Positions 1 to 9,880 of a stretch of DNA of 64,000 nt are shown here, piece after piece. The notes under the pieces are model-generated. The model saw only the letters and a program-made list of their open reading frames with translations. It searched no databases and had not been told where the DNA came from. Origin of the DNA: Candidatus Moraniibacteriota bacterium (GTDB taxonomy: Bacteria > Patescibacteriota > Minisyncoccia > Moranbacterales > DUUL01); assembly GCA_041583775.1 (NCBI GenBank), contig JBFHFF010000001.1, forward strand, positions 27,528-91,527, in the 5' to 3' direction. The translations under genes were made by a program, and so were the position numbers. How positions within the stretch are numbered: the stretch's first letter is position 1; every line of letters begins with the position of its first letter.

Positions 1-271
1 CTTCTGTATTTGTATTTGTATTTGTATTTGTATTTGTGTTTTCGCTTGTCTGCTTCTTTGAGTTATTAATTGAAAATGATTGTGCTTTTTGAACTACACT
101 GATTTTATTTTCAGCCAAGGTATAAGAATTCAATTTTTGTTCCTTTTTCATTGAATCAAAATAGGGCTGTTCTTCATCAGTCTTTCTAATCTCTTTAGTT
201 TCTTGCTGTTTTAAATTTTTTTGAGGAATGAGGGATGCTAATCCTCTTCCTAGTCCACCCTGCTGAACCAT
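1..271 (-). CDS. parB: Chromosome partitioning protein ParB, N-terminal part (gene continues beyond window start)
   Basis: Minus-strand translation from ATG (rc at 269-271) gives MVQQGGLGRGLASLIP..., the canonical ParB N-terminal GLGRGLxALI motif; lies directly downstream of parA on the same strand; no stop before the window edge. Confidence 0.7.
   Translation of the reverse strand, partial: MVQQGGLGRGLASLIPQKNLKQQETKEIRKTDEEQPYFDSMKKEQKLNSYTLAENKISVVQKAQSFSINNSKKQTSENTNTNTNTNTNTE
5..40. repeat. Hexanucleotide tandem repeat (TGTATT)x5 plus one degenerate unit; encodes an in-frame (Asn-Thr)n stretch inside parB
   Basis: Direct reading of tgtatt tgtatt tgtatt tgtatt tgtatt tgtgtt. Confidence 0.9.
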
Positions 272-319
272 TTTTATTTGTGCTAATTTTATTATTTCTC
301 CTTTAGAGTAGTAATTTTA

Positions 320-1090
320 TTAAGACTGTTCACTTCTGCTAACGACTTCATTTGCAAATTGTTTATATGCTCTAGCACCCTTGTTGAATCTATCAAAATG
401 AAGTATTGATTTTCCAAAACTTGGAGCTTCTGCAAGCTTCACTGTCCTTGGGATTACCGCATCAAAAACCTTTCCTGGAAAATGTTTTCTTACTTCTTTT
501 ACTACTTGATGAGCAAGTCTATTCCTTCTATCAAACATCGTCATCACAATTCCACCTAACTGTAGTTTTGGTTGTAAATGATCCTGCACGAGGTCAACGG
601 TATTCAAAAGCTGCCCAAGACCTTCTAGTGCAAAATATTCGGTTTGAACTGGGATAATAACCTCATCAGAAGCAACTAAACCATTAATGGTTAAGAGCCC
701 TAGACTTGGTGGTGAGTCAATAATAATAAAATCATACCGAGAGCGTAATTGTTGCAAAACATTATATAAACGATATTCCCTATTCTCCATCCCAGTTAAC
801 TCAACTGAAGCAGCTGCTAAATCTTGGTTTGAAGTTATAATGTCATGACTTAAAAAATCAGCTCTCACAATAACATTGTCTGGATGTTCATCCAAAACAA
901 GCATATGATAAAGGTTTTTATCAACACTCTTCGGGTCAATTCCTAGACCACTCGAAGCGTTTGATTGTGGATCAAGATCCACCAACAAAACCCTCTTGCC
1001 TAAATCAGCAAGATAAGTAACAAGATTAATGGCAGTAGTAGTTTTTCCTACTCCACCTTTTTGATTTACTAGTGATATTATTTTTCCCAT
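320..1090 (-). CDS. parA: ParA/Soj family chromosome partitioning ATPase
   Basis: Deviant Walker A KGGVGKTT and LVDLDPQ motif; start moved to internal Met (MGKIISLVNQKGGVGKTT) because the upstream extension is unconserved. Confidence 0.9.
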   Translation of the reverse strand: MGKIISLVNQKGGVGKTTTAINLVTYLADLGKRVLLVDLDPQSNASSGLGIDPKSVDKNLYHMLVLDEHPDNVIVRADFLSHDIITSNQDLAAASVELTGMENREYRLYNVLQQLRSRYDFIIIDSPPSLGLLTINGLVASDEVIIPVQTEYFALEGLGQLLNTVDLVQDHLQPKLQLGGIVMTMFDRRNRLAHQVVKEVRKHFPGKVFDAVIPRTVKLAEAPSFGKSILHFDRFNKGARAYKQFANEVVSRSEQS

Positions 1091-1183
1091 ATGCCCAATT
1101 ATATCCGAAAAGCAAGAACTTCGCAAACCAGAGAGGATGATGAGATATTTAAGCCCTATCAAAACTAGTAAGGACCTTAAAAA

Positions 1184-1220
1184 ATAAAAACCCGCAGCAA
1201 AAGCTGCGGGTTTTTATTTT
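1184..1220 (-). terminator. Intrinsic terminator between rplL and parA (bidirectional hairpin)
   Basis: cccgcagc-aaaa-gctgcggg stem-loop flanked by an A-run upstream and a T-run downstream. Confidence 0.75.
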
Positions 1221-1249
1221 AGGATTTCTCCTTATTTGAAAAACGAAAA

Positions 1250-1672
1250 CTATTTCAATTCTACAGTAGCTCCAGCATCCTCAAGTTTCTTCTTCAACTC
1301 TTCAGCTTCCTCTTTAGCTACTTTTTCTTTAACAGCCTTTGGAGCTTCGTCTACAATAGCTTTAGCTTCTTTTAGACCAAGACCAGTAATTTCTTTCACA
1401 ACTTTGATAACATTGATTTTTGCATCACCAGCAGCAATCAAAACTACATCAAATTCTGATTTTTCATCAACAGCAGCTTCAGCACCACCAGCTACAGGAG
1501 CAGCCATTGCCATTGCAGGAGCAGCAGCAGTAACATTGAATTTATCTTCTAGAACTGTAACTAGCTCTGAAAGATCCAATACACTCATTTTTTCGATTTC
1601 TTCGATAATAGATTTGAATTTTGCAGGAACTTCAACTTCCTTTTTTTCTTCAACCTTTTTTTCTTCTGTCAT
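1250..1672 (-). CDS. rplL: 50S ribosomal protein L7/L12
   Basis: Ala-rich hinge and C-terminal [36 protein letters not shown], typical bL12. Confidence 0.95.
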   Translation of the reverse strand: MTEEKKVEEKKEVEVPAKFKSIIEEIEKMSVLDLSELVTVLEDKFNVTAAAPAMAMAAPVAGGAEAAVDEKSEFDVVLIAAGDAKINVIKVVKEITGLGLKEAKAIVDEAPKAVKEKVAKEEAEELKKKLEDAGATVELK

Positions 1673-1739
1673 AACTTTGTAAAATTATTATTGATAAATA
1701 TTATTAACTAAATTAATAAACTAACTTATGCTTATACAC

Positions 1740-2264
1740 TTATGAGTTCCCTTTTGACTCTTTAATTGCATTTAATGCATAAACGATATTCCTTAGGTTC
1801 CCATTAAGTGCACCCACAAAACTTGTGATAGGAGCTTTGATTGTTCCCACAACTTGTCCAAGTAATTGTTCTTTTGTTGGAAGTTGTGCAAGACTCGTAA
1901 TTTCTTCAACCGTAATAGCCTTTCCCTCTAATGACCCAGCCTTAATTGTGAAAGCTTTGTTTAACTTTGAAAAATCAAAAGCTGCTTTTGAGGAGCAAAC
2001 TTCATCATCCCCTCCATAAATCACTGCAATTTGACCATCAATTTTTCTAATATCTAGCTCAATCTTTGCATTGTCGAAAGCTATCTGCGCAAATGTCTTC
2101 TTTATGACTTTCATATTTGCATTTTTTTCTCGCAGCGCTCTTCTCAACTTGCTAATCTCAGAAACATTCAACCCTTTGTAATCACAAACAATGGCGGTTG
2201 TGGTTTCTTTGAGATTTTTTGTAAGATCATCTACTAGAACCTCCTTGTCTTGGCGTTTAAGCAT
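1740..2264 (-). CDS. rplJ: 50S ribosomal protein L10
   Basis: L10-like sequence immediately upstream of rplL; conserved rplJ-rplL order. Confidence 0.9.
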   Translation of the reverse strand: MLKRQDKEVLVDDLTKNLKETTTAIVCDYKGLNVSEISKLRRALREKNANMKVIKKTFAQIAFDNAKIELDIRKIDGQIAVIYGGDDEVCSSKAAFDFSKLNKAFTIKAGSLEGKAITVEEITSLAQLPTKEQLLGQVVGTIKAPITSFVGALNGNLRNIVYALNAIKESKGNS

Positions 2265-2468
2265 TTGTCTTATTTTAATCTTTAATTATCTCTTATAATA
2301 AACAAAAAACTACGCATAACGCAGTTTAAATAGAAGTAAACAACCCTTTTGGGATCTTGTTTTACTCCTACTTGGGGCTTACTTTTTCGCCCAAGGTCTG
2401 CGGAATACTTTTAAAATGTTATCACAATTTTAGAATTTGTCAACTAATCATTTTTGTTTTATAAGGAA

Positions 2469-3122
2469 TCAAAGATTTATCAATTCTAAAAGTCCAATAC
2501 CTATAATATAACGAGAGAGAAATCCAGCTGCTGAAAAAATTGCCAATGTTATTACATTTCTAGCCATAAACAAAAACACAACCAATATTACCAATGCATT
2601 TTTCTCTAATGTCTGTTTTGTATATTCTGAAATTGGTAAAAAAGCAAATAAAAGTTTTGAGCCGTCCAATGGCGGAACTGGAAATAGGTTGAAGACCATA
2701 AGCGCCGTATTAATAATAAATACAAGCGAAAGGGTGTGAGCTAAAAGTCCATCTGCAGTTCCAGAAACAAGTAATATTCGCAAAAAAATACCGCTCAATA
2801 TGATAAGTGCCAAATTCGACAAAGGGCCCGCAACACCCACAATCGCTGGTCCATATTTCTGATTCTTAAGATTATAAGGATTGTAAGGGACCGGCTTCGC
2901 CCAGCCAAAAACAAATCCTGCACCCGAGATTGTCAAAAATAAAGGCACTATAAATGATCCCCACAAATCCAAATGATTTAAAGGGTTTAGTGTCAATCTT
3001 CCAGCATATTTTGCGGTTGGATCCCCCAAACGATATGCAGCGAAACCATGAGAAACTTCATGAATCACTACGGAAAAAATTAAAACTGCAATTTGTAGAA
3101 ATATCCCAGTACTAGAATCCAT
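2469..3122 (-). CDS. Peptidase M50 (site-2 protease family) membrane metalloprotease
   Basis: HEVSHG zinc motif inside a hydrophobic segment, polytopic membrane protein, later LDG motif. Confidence 0.75.
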   Translation of the reverse strand: MDSSTGIFLQIAVLIFSVVIHEVSHGFAAYRLGDPTAKYAGRLTLNPLNHLDLWGSFIVPLFLTISGAGFVFGWAKPVPYNPYNLKNQKYGPAIVGVAGPLSNLALIILSGIFLRILLVSGTADGLLAHTLSLVFIINTALMVFNLFPVPPLDGSKLLFAFLPISEYTKQTLEKNALVILVVFLFMARNVITLAIFSAAGFLSRYIIGIGLLELINL

Positions 3123-3314
3123 AGATAATTATTTAAAACTTCTTATTATTTACATTATTGTTTATACAGAATAAACAAATTTATCTTCTTACGCAAGCTA
3201 AAATATAAATATAAAATAGCTATTTTATAAAAAAGATTGACAAAATGCCTTGATATTGGTATTCTGTTACTTGTTAAGTTTACAATACATTTTATAACTA
3301 TTCAAGGTAGATAT

Positions 3315-3488
3315 ATGGCACGTTGCAGCGCTTGCGGTAAGAAGACTATGTCAGGAAACTCACGTTCTCATTCAAATATCGCTACAAAAAGAACTTTCAA
3401 AGCCAACATTCAGACAAAGCACATTGATGGCAAAAAAGTCAAGATTTGCACAAAATGCATCAAGACTATGAATAAGGTTACTAAATAA
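3315..3488 (+). CDS. rpmB: 50S ribosomal protein L28
   Basis: MARCSACGKKTMSGNSRSHSNIATKRTF matches the bL28 N-terminal signature; track ORF trimmed to this Met. Confidence 0.85.
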   Translation: MARCSACGKKTMSGNSRSHSNIATKRTFKANIQTKHIDGKKVKICTKCIKTMNKVTK

Positions 3489-3605
3489 AGTTATTATTTC
3501 TTTATTTCACAAAATCACGAAAGCCACCAGTTTTCTGAGGGCTTTTTTGCTATTTATTGAAAAATTCCACAAATTTAGACATTCCACTTCCCTTAAAATA
3601 TATTA

Positions 3606-3633
3606 GAAAATAATCTTGACAAAAGACTTCATT
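3606..3633 (+). promoter_or_regulatory. Consensus sigma70-type promoter (TTGACA-16nt-TATAAT)
   Basis: ttgaca at 3606-3611, tataat at 3628-3633, 16 nt spacer. Confidence 0.6.
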
Positions 3634-3640
3634 TGACTAT

Positions 3641-3766
3641 AATTATTTTTGCGTGATGGATGAAATTGTTGTTTTTAGTTACTTCCGCCTAGCCGCAGAA
3701 AAAAACAAGGAAAACGACGATGTCTATCACCAACGCCTGGGTACATACATTTTTTGTACCCAGGCA
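3641..3766 (+). ncRNA. Candidate small RNA or cis-regulatory leader (about 125 nt) bracketed by consensus promoter and intrinsic terminator
   Basis: Predicted TSS about 7 nt after the -10; no SD-led ORF; ends in a strong terminator hairpin with U-run; internal gtgat/atcac pairing potential. Confidence 0.35.
3725..3766 (+). terminator. Intrinsic terminator
   Basis: gcctgggtaca ... tgtacccaggc 11 bp stem followed by atatttttt. Confidence 0.8.
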
Positions 3767-3898
3767 TATTTTTTAAATAAACAAACTCATTAATTTATTT
3801 TATTTTAAATTTTTTACAGATACATCTTTCTCTTGCCAGAAACCAGAAAAAGGTTTATTATAAATTATTTACTAATTCGCCAAATCATCAATAATGCC

Positions 3899-5191
3899 AT
3901 GAAAATTAACACAAAAGACCAACTCATCTTTGACATTGCCGTTATTGGTGGTGGAGCTTCTGGAATGATGGCTGCTATTTGGGCAGCTGAATCCGGTGCC
4001 AAAGTTGCACTCATTGAAAAAAATCAAAAATTGGGAAAAAAACTTCTGATAACAGGAAAGGGTCGCTGTAATATTACTCAAGAGAATTTCACAAAAGACA
4101 CTCTTTTGGAAAATATTGGAAGAAATGGAAAATTCCTCTTCTCTTCCTTTGCAAAGTTTAGCGTCGAAGATGCCAAAAAATTCTTCGAGGAAGAAGGAGT
4201 TGAACTAAAGATTGAAAGAGGTGGACGGATTTTTCCAAAATCAGATTCCGCAGAAGAAATTGTTACTGCACTTAGAAATCGTCTCGCAAAAAATAAGGTT
4301 GTTGCTATTCGTAATAATAAAATTGTTGCTATTCAAAACAAAGATGGTTTCATTACAGGACTTTCAACAAAAAAAGGAACTGTATTAGCAAAACAATTCA
4401 TTCTTTGTACTGGAGGAAAGTCTTATTCTGGAACTGGATCAACCGGTGATGGATATACTTGGGCAAAAGAAATGGGACATTCTGTTATCGAGCCCATGCC
4501 TGCACTAACTCCAATGAAAACTCGTGATAAATGGATTGAGATGGTGACTGGTCTTACTTTAAAAAATGTAGGATTGCAGGTAACGCAAAAAGGGATAAAA
4601 AAAGATGAAAGATTTGGTGATATGCTTTTTACACACTTTGGTGTTAGTGGCCCAATAGTTTTAGATATGAGCAAAAAAGTCGGTCAATTATTAAAAGAAG
4701 GTGAGGTTCAACTCTCCATTGATTTAAAACCAGCTCTGGATTTTGAAGCGCTTGATAAGAGAATACAACGAGACTTTCAAAAGTATCAAAACAAACAATT
4801 CAAAAACTCTCTTGAGGATCTTTTTCCTAAAAGATTGATTCCCGTGATGATTAGTCTTTCAAAGATTAATTCAGAAAAAAAGGTTAATAAAATTTCTAAA
4901 GAAGAAAGGCAAAATCTTGTAAAATTAACCAAAAATCTCCTCTTAAATGTTACTGAATTAGAAGGGTTTGGTCATGCCATCATCACAGCCGGAGGAATTA
5001 ATTTGAAAGAAGTTAATTCACAAACAATGAGGTCTAGAAAAATTGAAAATCTATATTTCGGAGGAGAAGTTCTCGACCTTGATGGTCCAACGGGGGGATA
5101 TAATCTTCAAATTTGCTGGAGCACTGGACATCTCGCTGGAATAAGCGCAGCAAAAGCAATCGAAACGCTTGAGAGCGAAATTGAAGAATAG
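3899..5191 (+). CDS. NAD(P)/FAD-dependent oxidoreductase, HI0933/BaiN-like flavoprotein family
   Basis: N-terminal FAD dinucleotide-binding motif DIAVIGGGASGMMAA, family-typical length and internal motifs; start set at MKINTK. Confidence 0.8.
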   Translation: MKINTKDQLIFDIAVIGGGASGMMAAIWAAESGAKVALIEKNQKLGKKLLITGKGRCNITQENFTKDTLLENIGRNGKFLFSSFAKFSVEDAKKFFEEEGVELKIERGGRIFPKSDSAEEIVTALRNRLAKNKVVAIRNNKIVAIQNKDGFITGLSTKKGTVLAKQFILCTGGKSYSGTGSTGDGYTWAKEMGHSVIEPMPALTPMKTRDKWIEMVTGLTLKNVGLQVTQKGIKKDERFGDMLFTHFGVSGPIVLDMSKKVGQLLKEGEVQLSIDLKPALDFEALDKRIQRDFQKYQNKQFKNSLEDLFPKRLIPVMISLSKINSEKKVNKISKEERQNLVKLTKNLLLNVTELEGFGHAIITAGGINLKEVNSQTMRSRKIENLYFGGEVLDLDGPTGGYNLQICWSTGHLAGISAAKAIETLESEIEE

Positions 5192-5357
5192 TTTTTAAAA
5201 AAACATTTTCAGTATTGCAAAAAATAAGAGTAGGTAATATTTTAATTACGGGTCACATTCTTTGTTAATTTAAAGAACTTTACCAACTAATAAAATACTA
5301 CCTACTTTTATTTTTAATTCGCAGTTAGCAATTTAAAGATTCCAATAGAAAATTAAA

Positions 5358-6014
5358 TTAAATGCTAAGAAGTTTTTTCACTATTGGACACTCTTCGTGT
5401 TTATGTTTTTTCGCTGGGCAAAATTTCCTTCCATAGTCAATTAGTCTGTGATTAAAATTAAGCCATTCTTTTTTAGGTACAATTTGAATTAAATCTTGTT
5501 CGATTTTTTCTGGATTTTTCTCCGTCGTTAATCCGTGTAAAATGGAAAGTCTTCTAACATGGGTGTCCACAGCAATTCCTTCGATCCTTCCGAATCCATC
5601 TCCTAGAACAATATTTGCGGTTTTCCTTGCAACCCCTGGCAGCGTGAGTAGTTCCTCCATTGAATCAGGGACTTTTCCTTTAAAATTTTTCTTAATTATT
5701 TTAGTTGTTGCAAGAATATTTTTTGCTTTATTTCGATAAAAACCAGTTGAATGGATATCTTGTTCAAACTCCCTTATATTCGCCTTTGAATAATCATCAA
5801 TTGTTTTGTATTTTTTAAAAAGCTTCTCGGTCACTTCATTAACTTTTTTATCAGTGCACTGGGCAGACAAAACAACAGCAATTAAAAGCTCCAATGTATT
5901 AGAAAAATTAAGCGCAATTTTTGACTTGGGAAAAAGTTCTTCTAATTCCTTGATTATGATTAGTGCTATTTTTTTTCTCTTATCAAGTTCTTTTTTTGAA
6001 ATTTCTTTTTTCAT
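5358..6014 (-). CDS. nth: Endonuclease III (HhH-GPD DNA glycosylase/AP lyase)
   Basis: HhH motif LPGVARKTANIVL, catalytic region; the C-terminal Fe-S Cys cluster looks reduced (only two Cys). Confidence 0.8.
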   Translation of the reverse strand: MKKEISKKELDKRKKIALIIIKELEELFPKSKIALNFSNTLELLIAVVLSAQCTDKKVNEVTEKLFKKYKTIDDYSKANIREFEQDIHSTGFYRNKAKNILATTKIIKKNFKGKVPDSMEELLTLPGVARKTANIVLGDGFGRIEGIAVDTHVRRLSILHGLTTEKNPEKIEQDLIQIVPKKEWLNFNHRLIDYGRKFCPAKKHKHEECPIVKKLLSI

Positions 6015-6679
6015 TTTGCTAGTTCTGATTTAAAAAGTTCCTCTGGAGAAACAGCATCTTCAATCCTAAAATCACCCACTCTTGTTCGCACTAACCGAGT
6101 CAAATAACCACCTGTTTTCAATTTCTCCCCAATTTCCCTTGCCAAAGATCTAATGTAAACACCTGGACCAGTAACAACTCGGAGTTGCAAAGTTGGCCAT
6201 TCATAAGCAAGAATATCGATTCTTTCAATATATACAAATCTTGGTGGTGGTGTAAATTTCTCTCCTCTCCTAGCCTTTTTATACCCTTCTTCCCCACCAC
6301 CAACTTTCGCAGCGCTATATACTGGAGTTGTTTGAATAATTTCTCCTGTAAATTCTTTTTTTAACTTCTCTATCTCTTTTATTGTTGGAATTTTTTCACA
6401 GGCGATTTCAGTTTTCTCACCCTCTTCATCATCAGTAACGCTTGTCATTCCAAGTTTTATATCAGCTAGATATTCTTTTTCTTTTGCCACAACCTCACTT
6501 ATCTGTTTGGTATATTCACGCCCCACTGCAACAACTAAAACTCCTTCTGCCAAAGGATCTAATGTGCCAGCATGCCCTATCTTCTCTTTTTTAGTGCCAC
6601 CAACTAAGCGTTTAATTTGTCCTACAATTGCATAAGAGGTTGGACCTTTAGGCTTATTAATTGCAAAAATTCCTTTCAT
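6011..6679 (-). CDS. truB: tRNA pseudouridine(55) synthase TruB
   Basis: GHAGTLDPLAEGVL catalytic Asp motif; 4 nt overlap with nth. Confidence 0.85.
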   Translation of the reverse strand: MKGIFAINKPKGPTSYAIVGQIKRLVGGTKKEKIGHAGTLDPLAEGVLVVAVGREYTKQISEVVAKEKEYLADIKLGMTSVTDDEEGEKTEIACEKIPTIKEIEKLKKEFTGEIIQTTPVYSAAKVGGGEEGYKKARRGEKFTPPPRFVYIERIDILAYEWPTLQLRVVTGPGVYIRSLAREIGEKLKTGGYLTRLVRTRVGDFRIEDAVSPEELFKSELAK

Positions 6680-6680
6680 T

Positions 6681-7289
6681 TTATAGTTTATATTTAATCT
6701 TAAACGATCCCTCTCTTAAAATATTCACTTTATTGTCTAAGATTTGAATTAAAGTTGATGTCTTGTTAACGATTTTTCCTCCATCAACATAGAATTCTAC
6801 TTTTCCTTTGAAATATTCCTTAGCCTCTACTATTGTATTTGCTTGTGATTCTCCCTGCGGATTAGCGCTGGTTGCAACAAGTGGACCAGTTTTTTTTAGA
6901 AAATTTAAAAATTTTCCTTCTCTTGGAAGACGAAAAGCAATAGACTGAAGACCTCTGTGTAAATACCTAAATCCTTCTTCTTCACACTTTAAGACAACAC
7001 TCACTTCACCTGGCCAAAAATTTTTAATTTTTTCCTCAACTGACTTTTCCAACTTTATTCCAAACAACTTAAGATCTGAAATTTTAGAAATTGTCACAAT
7101 AAATGGTTTATTTAATTCTCTTTTACAAATTGTATATACCCTCTCCACAGATTCAGGATTTGTTGCACTACAAACAATGCCATAAACTGTGTCTGTTGGG
7201 ATAACCCCTATTTCACCTTTTATAATTCGTTCAACCAACTCTTTTTCAAATTTTTTAAATTCACCAATTCTTTTCATCTGCCCTTCCAA
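6681..7289 (-). CDS. tsaC: L-threonylcarbamoyladenylate synthase (Sua5/YrdC/YwlC family)
   Basis: IPTDTVYGI and the family-typical central region. Confidence 0.8.
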   Translation of the reverse strand: MEGQMKRIGEFKKFEKELVERIIKGEIGVIPTDTVYGIVCSATNPESVERVYTICKRELNKPFIVTISKISDLKLFGIKLEKSVEEKIKNFWPGEVSVVLKCEEEGFRYLHRGLQSIAFRLPREGKFLNFLKKTGPLVATSANPQGESQANTIVEAKEYFKGKVEFYVDGGKIVNKTSTLIQILDNKVNILREGSFKIKYKL

Positions 7290-7384
7290 ATTGTTATTTT
7301 ATTTTTTAAGCTAAATGCAGAAAAATAATAACACAAAAAATTCAAAAAATCGATTTAAATACTACGATTTCAATACTTCTTCTG

Positions 7385-8653
7385 TTATAATCTTCCCCTA
7401 AACCTCATTATTTCTTCTACTTTTAAAATAGCTGTAGCAAAAGCTGCAGTGTGATAATCAACTTTGAGTTTATTTTTGGTTTTATGTAAATCAGCAAAAG
7501 CTTCTTTCATTTTATTTTCAATTTTTTGTAGAACTTTCTCAGAATTCCATCTGTCTCCGGAGTTATTCTGCACCCATTCGAAAAAACTTCCCACTACGCC
7601 TCCTGCATTTGCAAGAATTCCAGGAAGAATAACAGTTCCCTTTGAAAAAAGAATTTCATTGGCATCAAAAGTAACTGGCCCATTTGCAATTTCCAAAATA
7701 ATTTTAGCCTTTATTTTTTTTGCATTTTTTTTGTTGATTTGATTTTCCAATGCAGCTGGAACTAAAATATCAACTCCTAACTCCAGCAATGCTTCATTAG
7801 ATATTTTATCAAATTCTCCTTTTAAATTAGATATTGTTAGTTTTTTATTTTTTGACTTTTTCTTCTGATAAATATCTAAAATTTTATCAATATCCAAACC
7901 ATCATTTTTAAAAATTCCCCCTTTTGAATCTGAAATTGCCACAATTTTATACCCTTTTTTAACAAGAATTCTTGCTGCATTTGCTCCAGCATTACCAGCC
8001 CCCTGGATGGCAATTCTAATTTCAGAATTCTTTTTTCCAAGATTGTTCTTGGTCTTCAAAAACTCCTCCAGCACCACAATACCTCCAAATGCCGTTGCAA
8101 TGTCACGACCAGAACTTCCGCCAAAACTAAGTGGCTTACCCGTAAAAGAAGCTGGTAAATAATCATTGGAAAGGATATTGAATTGATCAGCCATCCAAGC
8201 CATAATTCTCCCATCAGTATTAATATCAGGTGCTGGAATATCTTTTTTTGGTCCTATTAAGCTAAAAACTCCATTAACATAGGCACGAGAGAGTCTTTCT
8301 AGTTCCCTTTCTGATAATTTTTTAGGATCCACATTAATTCCACCCTTGGCACCCCCATATGGCAAATTCACAATTGAATTTTTCAAAGTCATTAAAGTTG
8401 CTAATGCCTTTACTTCGTTTAAATAAGTGTCTGGATGAAACCTGATTCCGCCCTTAAAGGGACCTGGAGCATCATTGTGTTGCACTCGATATGCTTGATA
8501 TGTTTCAAGATCACCATTATCACGCTTTAAGATCAAAGAAAGTTGAATAGTTCTTTGTGGTCTCAAAATGGCATTTTTAATTTGTTCTGGTAACTTTATA
8601 ACACTACTAGCTTTCTCAAATCTTCGCATAACATCATTACAAAAACTTTCCAT
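7385..8653 (-). CDS. gdhA: Glutamate dehydrogenase (Glu/Leu/Phe/Val dehydrogenase family)
   Basis: GGAKGG catalytic lysine motif and Rossmann GAGNAG. Confidence 0.9.
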   Translation of the reverse strand: MESFCNDVMRRFEKASSVIKLPEQIKNAILRPQRTIQLSLILKRDNGDLETYQAYRVQHNDAPGPFKGGIRFHPDTYLNEVKALATLMTLKNSIVNLPYGGAKGGINVDPKKLSERELERLSRAYVNGVFSLIGPKKDIPAPDINTDGRIMAWMADQFNILSNDYLPASFTGKPLSFGGSSGRDIATAFGGIVVLEEFLKTKNNLGKKNSEIRIAIQGAGNAGANAARILVKKGYKIVAISDSKGGIFKNDGLDIDKILDIYQKKKSKNKKLTISNLKGEFDKISNEALLELGVDILVPAALENQINKKNAKKIKAKIILEIANGPVTFDANEILFSKGTVILPGILANAGGVVGSFFEWVQNNSGDRWNSEKVLQKIENKMKEAFADLHKTKNKLKVDYHTAAFATAILKVEEIMRFRGRL

Positions 8654-8715
8654 TTTTTTGTCTTATTTTTTATAAAAATCATTCTATTTTTTTAAAAAAA
8701 TTAAACAATTATGCT

Positions 8716-9363
8716 TTAAATTTTTTTATCTTGCGCCCGTAATGAATCTTCTTCCAAATCTCTTAAATCTTTTTCTAATTGATTTAAATTATTTTTTTGA
8801 TCATCATTCATCAACGAATCATCTTTTTCTATAATTCTTGAATCATAGGCGAATGCCCCTCCCACACTCTTAATTGTTGCTATATCAGAAATATCTTCTC
8901 TCATAAAACTCTCCGCATATGCTAAATACAGCATAGCAAAAACATTCACAAATGGAATAGCCGCAAGAACTCCTACCCATCTAGGTTTAGAAAGTTTTAT
9001 AGCTAACTGAATCCAAATCGTAATTCCAAACAAAAAACCCACAACTGGAATAAAAAATAAAAAAATTAAAGATTGTGATTTATTAACAATTTTCAAAAGC
9101 AAAGACAAGTTCAAAAGAGGAACCCAGGCATACCAATCGTTTGAAACTCTTGTTTTTTTTGCAATCTTTTGCAAAGAAATTGCCAAAATAAAATAAGTGA
9201 TGACACTCCCCGTTACAAAAAAGAAGAATAATGGGCCTTCAAATTTCATCATACCCCCCAAATTATAATAGAAAGGCAAATCAAAATCCTGATACATATC
9301 AATTTGAGAAGTGTAACTTTCAATATCTAACGGATCGCCATTATCCGAATAATTATTGCTCAT
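8716..9363 (-). CDS. Hypothetical membrane protein
   Basis: Several hydrophobic helices, AWVPLLN motif, acidic C-terminal tail. Confidence 0.55.
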   Translation of the reverse strand: MSNNYSDNGDPLDIESYTSQIDMYQDFDLPFYYNLGGMMKFEGPLFFFFVTGSVITYFILAISLQKIAKKTRVSNDWYAWVPLLNLSLLLKIVNKSQSLIFLFFIPVVGFLFGITIWIQLAIKLSKPRWVGVLAAIPFVNVFAMLYLAYAESFMREDISDIATIKSVGGAFAYDSRIIEKDDSLMNDDQKNNLNQLEKDLRDLEEDSLRAQDKKI

Positions 9364-9420
9364 TTTTTTATTTTAAACTTATGGACGACTATCACAATCG
9401 CCTTATCACAAAAACAATAC

Positions 9421-9494
9421 TGGTCGGGCCGCCGAGAGTCGAACTCGGGCTACACACACCCCATGCGCGCGTACTACCGTTATACTACGGCCCG
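9421..9494 (-). tRNA. tRNA-Pro (anticodon GGG), CCA encoded
   Basis: Cloverleaf folded by hand: acceptor CGGGCCG/CGGCCCG 7 bp, U8, D-arm GTAT/GTAC, anticodon stem CGCGC/GTGTG with loop ATGGGGT (GGG at 34-36, G37), T-arm CCGAG-TTCGACT-CTCGG, discriminator A, CCA. Confidence 0.9.
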
Positions 9495-9880
9495 TTTGTT
9501 AAAAATACTCTTTTGCTCTAAGTATGCTTTAAAAAATCCCAATTTTTCCTCTTTCGTTTATTTTTGAGATTTTTTTGTGCTTACACTTTTTTATTATACA
9601 CTTTTTTTATATTATTTTTAAATCTCTTCCGAACTAGTCTTTTCTAGACAAAGAATATGGAATTCAAGTTGTTGTTTGAAATCAAAAAACCCAATTCCAA
9701 AAATTAGGTTTCGTGATGCTACCACAAAATTGTCAAATTGTTTTAACAATTTTATGGAAATTTACTCCTAAAAAATTTAGCTATAAAAAGTTGCTTTTTT
9801 GAAAATCTGAGGGTTTGCAGGATAAGCAAACCCTCTAAACGAGTAAGATGAGGCGTTTTTTAATAAGCAAAAACCCTTGC

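Noticed and set aside
406-657. 83 aa plus-strand ORF
   Set aside because: Antisense within parA; no SD; shadow ORF.
1091-1162. N-terminal 24-codon extension of parA
   Set aside because: ParA/Soj proteins begin a few residues before the KGGVGKTT P-loop. The extension is unconserved.
1236-1682. 148 aa plus-strand ORF rich in Ser/Ala/Thr
   Set aside because: Entirely antisense to the confidently identified rplL; low-complexity shadow ORF.
3237-3314. N-terminal 26-codon extension of the L28 ORF
   Set aside because: L28 family proteins begin at the MARCSAC-type motif. The extension overlaps the predicted promoter.
5231-5308. Long-range inverted repeat agtaggta ... tacctact between the convergent flavoprotein and nth genes
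   Set aside because: Only 8 bp with a roughly 60 nt loop. It may be a weak bidirectional terminator but is too weak to call.
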